The translations under genes were made by a program, and so were the position numbers. From Rhizocola hellebori (GTDB lineage Bacteria > Actinomycetota > Actinomycetes > Mycobacteriales > Micromonosporaceae), in contig NZ_BONY01000008.1 of assembly GCF_016862955.1 (NCBI RefSeq), positions 144,352 to 208,351 on the forward strand: a stretch of 64,000 bases of DNA. The letters are read 5' to 3'. The notes under the pieces are model-generated. The model was not told the origin of the DNA, made no database searches, and saw nothing but the letters and a program-made list of their open reading frames with translations. Below, in pieces: positions 62,909 through 64,000 of this stretch; within the stretch, counting starts at the first letter, position 1, and each line of letters opens with the position of its first letter.

Positions 62909-64000
62909 TCAGTCCATGACCGGCAGCGGCTCCCCGGTGCGGGCGTCCCAGCGCCAGACCGATGCAAGGTCACAGGTGAACAGCATCGGGCGGCCGGCCA
63001 CCTCGGCGTAGCCGGTGTCGGAAATCGGTTCCTGATGGCCCTGAATCAGGTCGCCGTGCCGTTGGCCGGTGACGGTGTCGAAACGCTGGATCTGGCAGAA
63101 GCCTCCGATGGCCAGGATGGTGCGATCCCCGTCGGGGAAGGAGCAGATCCCGCCGATCACATCCTTCATCACCCACCGATCACCAAGGGACGCACCGGTT
63201 TCGGCGTCCCAGCGGTAGGCGGCCTGATCTGTGGCGCCGGTGACGAGAATAGTGCGGTCGCCGTCGCGGTAGGCCGCGCCGTGCAGGACGTATTGGTGGT
63301 GCTTGCCGTGAACCTGTTGCGGCCGCGGGTCGGGGCCGGGCAGCCAGCGCCACACCTGGCCGAACTCGTCACCGGCGGCCAAGTGCGCCCGGCCGGCCAG
63401 CTGGTAGCTCCATAGCGCGGTCACCCGGCCGCTGAGCCGCGCGAGCCCGCCCACCGGCTCGCCGCTGGCGGAGTCGAAGCAGCGCACGGCACCCGATTCG
63501 TCACCGGCGGCCACGATCTCGTGTTCGCCATCGCGGTAGGACGTCATCGCCGTCACCTTCTCCATCACCCGCCGGCGCAAGGCGAAGGGCCGCCGTTGCG
63601 GGCGAAGCGGCGCCAGCTCCCTGCCAGACGGCACGGCCCACCGCCGCGCCCGGCCGCCCCAGCCGTCGATGCCGGCGATGACCACATCGGACCCGTCGCG
63701 ATAGGCGTGCCTGGCAACGCCGTCAAGCAATGGCCCGAGTTGTTCGCCGGTCTGCGCGTCCCAGCAGCCGATGCTGGAGTTCATGTTGAAGGTGGTGGCG
63801 ACAAGCACCACCCGCTCTCCCACCGGCACCAGGAGCAACCGGTCGGCTCGATGATGCACGAACGGCCGGGCCTGGGCCCGCCACCGCTGCGGCACCACCC
63901 CACCCGGCACGATCTCGTCTTCGATCAGCCCGGCCAGGTGCTTGGCAAACCGGCCCGCTACGGCCTGCAGCGCGGGCAGGCACGCGACGAGCTCCCGGCG
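62909..64000 (-). CDS. WD40/beta-propeller repeat protein, 5' partial (the reading frame stays open to the window edge)
   Basis: Repeated (A/G)-x-D-x-(T/S)-hydrophobic-R-x-W(D) units; no stop between 63910 and 64000 in frame. Confidence 0.7.
   Translation of the reverse strand, partial: RRELVACLPALQAVAGRFAKHLAGLIEDEIVPGGVVPQRWRAQARPFVHHRADRLLLVPVGERVVLVATTFNMNSSIGCWDAQTGEQLGPLLDGVARHAYRDGSDVVIAGIDGWGGRARRWAVPSGRELAPLRPQRRPFALRRRVMEKVTAMTSYRDGEHEIVAAGDESGAVRCFDSASGEPVGGLARLSGRVTALWSYQLAGRAHLAAGDEFGQVWRWLPGPDPRPQQVHGKHHQYVLHGAAYRDGDRTILVTGATDQAAYRWDAETGASLGDRWVMKDVIGGICSFPDGDRTILAIGGFCQIQRFDTVTGQRHGDLIQGHQEPISDTGYAEVAGRPMLFTCDLASVWRWDARTGEPLPVMD

Noticed and set aside
1-64000. Search for CRISPR arrays, rRNA/tRNA genes, IS elements/transposases, integrases and phage genes
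   Set aside because: No regular short direct-repeat arrays, no tRNA-like T-loop/acceptor structures in the intergenic gaps, no transposase- or integrase-like ORFs. The only mobility hints are compositional (the lower-GC PadR2 module) and the gene remnants (ChrB-C, LuxR fragment).

Overview
This 64-kb window is high-GC DNA, roughly 68-70 percent, from an actinobacterial chromosome. It looks Mycobacteriales-like: GTG and TTG starts are frequent, stop/start overlaps of the ATGA and TGATG kind are common, and the KdpF peptide resembles mycobacterial KdpF. No rRNA, tRNA, CRISPR array, transposase or integrase was recognised. The window is densely coding, and I support about 70 genes from the ORF track together with motif-level reading of the translations.

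Gene content by region:
- 1-2,900: a secreted GH16-like/ricin-B lectin protein, partial at the 5' edge, followed by a divergent NmrA/HxlR pair.
- 2,900-8,300: a NarL-type two-component system divergent from a small transmembrane peptide, an ABC ATPase and an 818-aa fused double-FtsX (MacB-like) permease.
- 8,300-11,600: a ChrB N-domain gene, a decayed ChrB C-domain remnant, and a chrA/APH-family kinase operon.
- 11,600-12,900: an LMW-PTP/ArsC-like gene and a PadR-HAAS pair.
- 12,900-17,900: MerR1, an FAD monooxygenase and an MFS transporter on one strand. Divergent from MerR1 lies a textbook MerR-type promoter driving two paralogous small CC-motif proteins, MerR2 and a MerF-like vicinal-cysteine membrane protein.
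- 18,100-21,050: a lower-GC module of PadR, a HAAS-like pentapeptide-repeat protein and an ABC-2 exporter, with an AT-rich upstream island.
- 21,050-34,600: a potassium block of kup, ltrA-family, kdpDE, kdpFABC and flotillin. KdpC is unusually long and there is a second KdpF-like peptide.
- 34,600-42,200: an arsenic/metalloid island with three ArsR paralogs, an aquaglyceroporin, ArsC, a DUF1905 protein, a 4-Cys micro-protein, a CCG-repeat protein coupled to an M28 peptidase, an ArsN-like GNAT, an FMO-like oxidoreductase with a Cys-rich tail, and an MFS transporter. ATCTAGAC/TTCTAAACAG motifs recur in its promoters and also upstream of the 11,613 gene.
- 42,270-43,859: a lipoprotein gene.
- 44,200-51,800: narGHJI-narK.
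- 51,800-64,000: a LuxR-family fragment, MerR3 with an MFS and an APH-family gene under a second MerR-type promoter, several hypotheticals, a DHA2-family MFS, a DinB-like protein, a sulfotransferase, a gamma-glutamyltransferase and a WD40/beta-propeller protein that runs off the 3' edge.

The candidates I rank as most likely to be undescribed systems:
- The MerR1-controlled CC-protein/MerF-like locus.
- The PadR/HAAS-pentapeptide/ABC-2 module.
- The cysteine-pair-rich arsenic island with its shared operator motif.

Limits: all product names are motif-level inferences from the translations. I ran no database search. My manual coordinate indexing disagreed with the ORF track by 1 nt in one place, so internal start choices are uncertain by about one codon.
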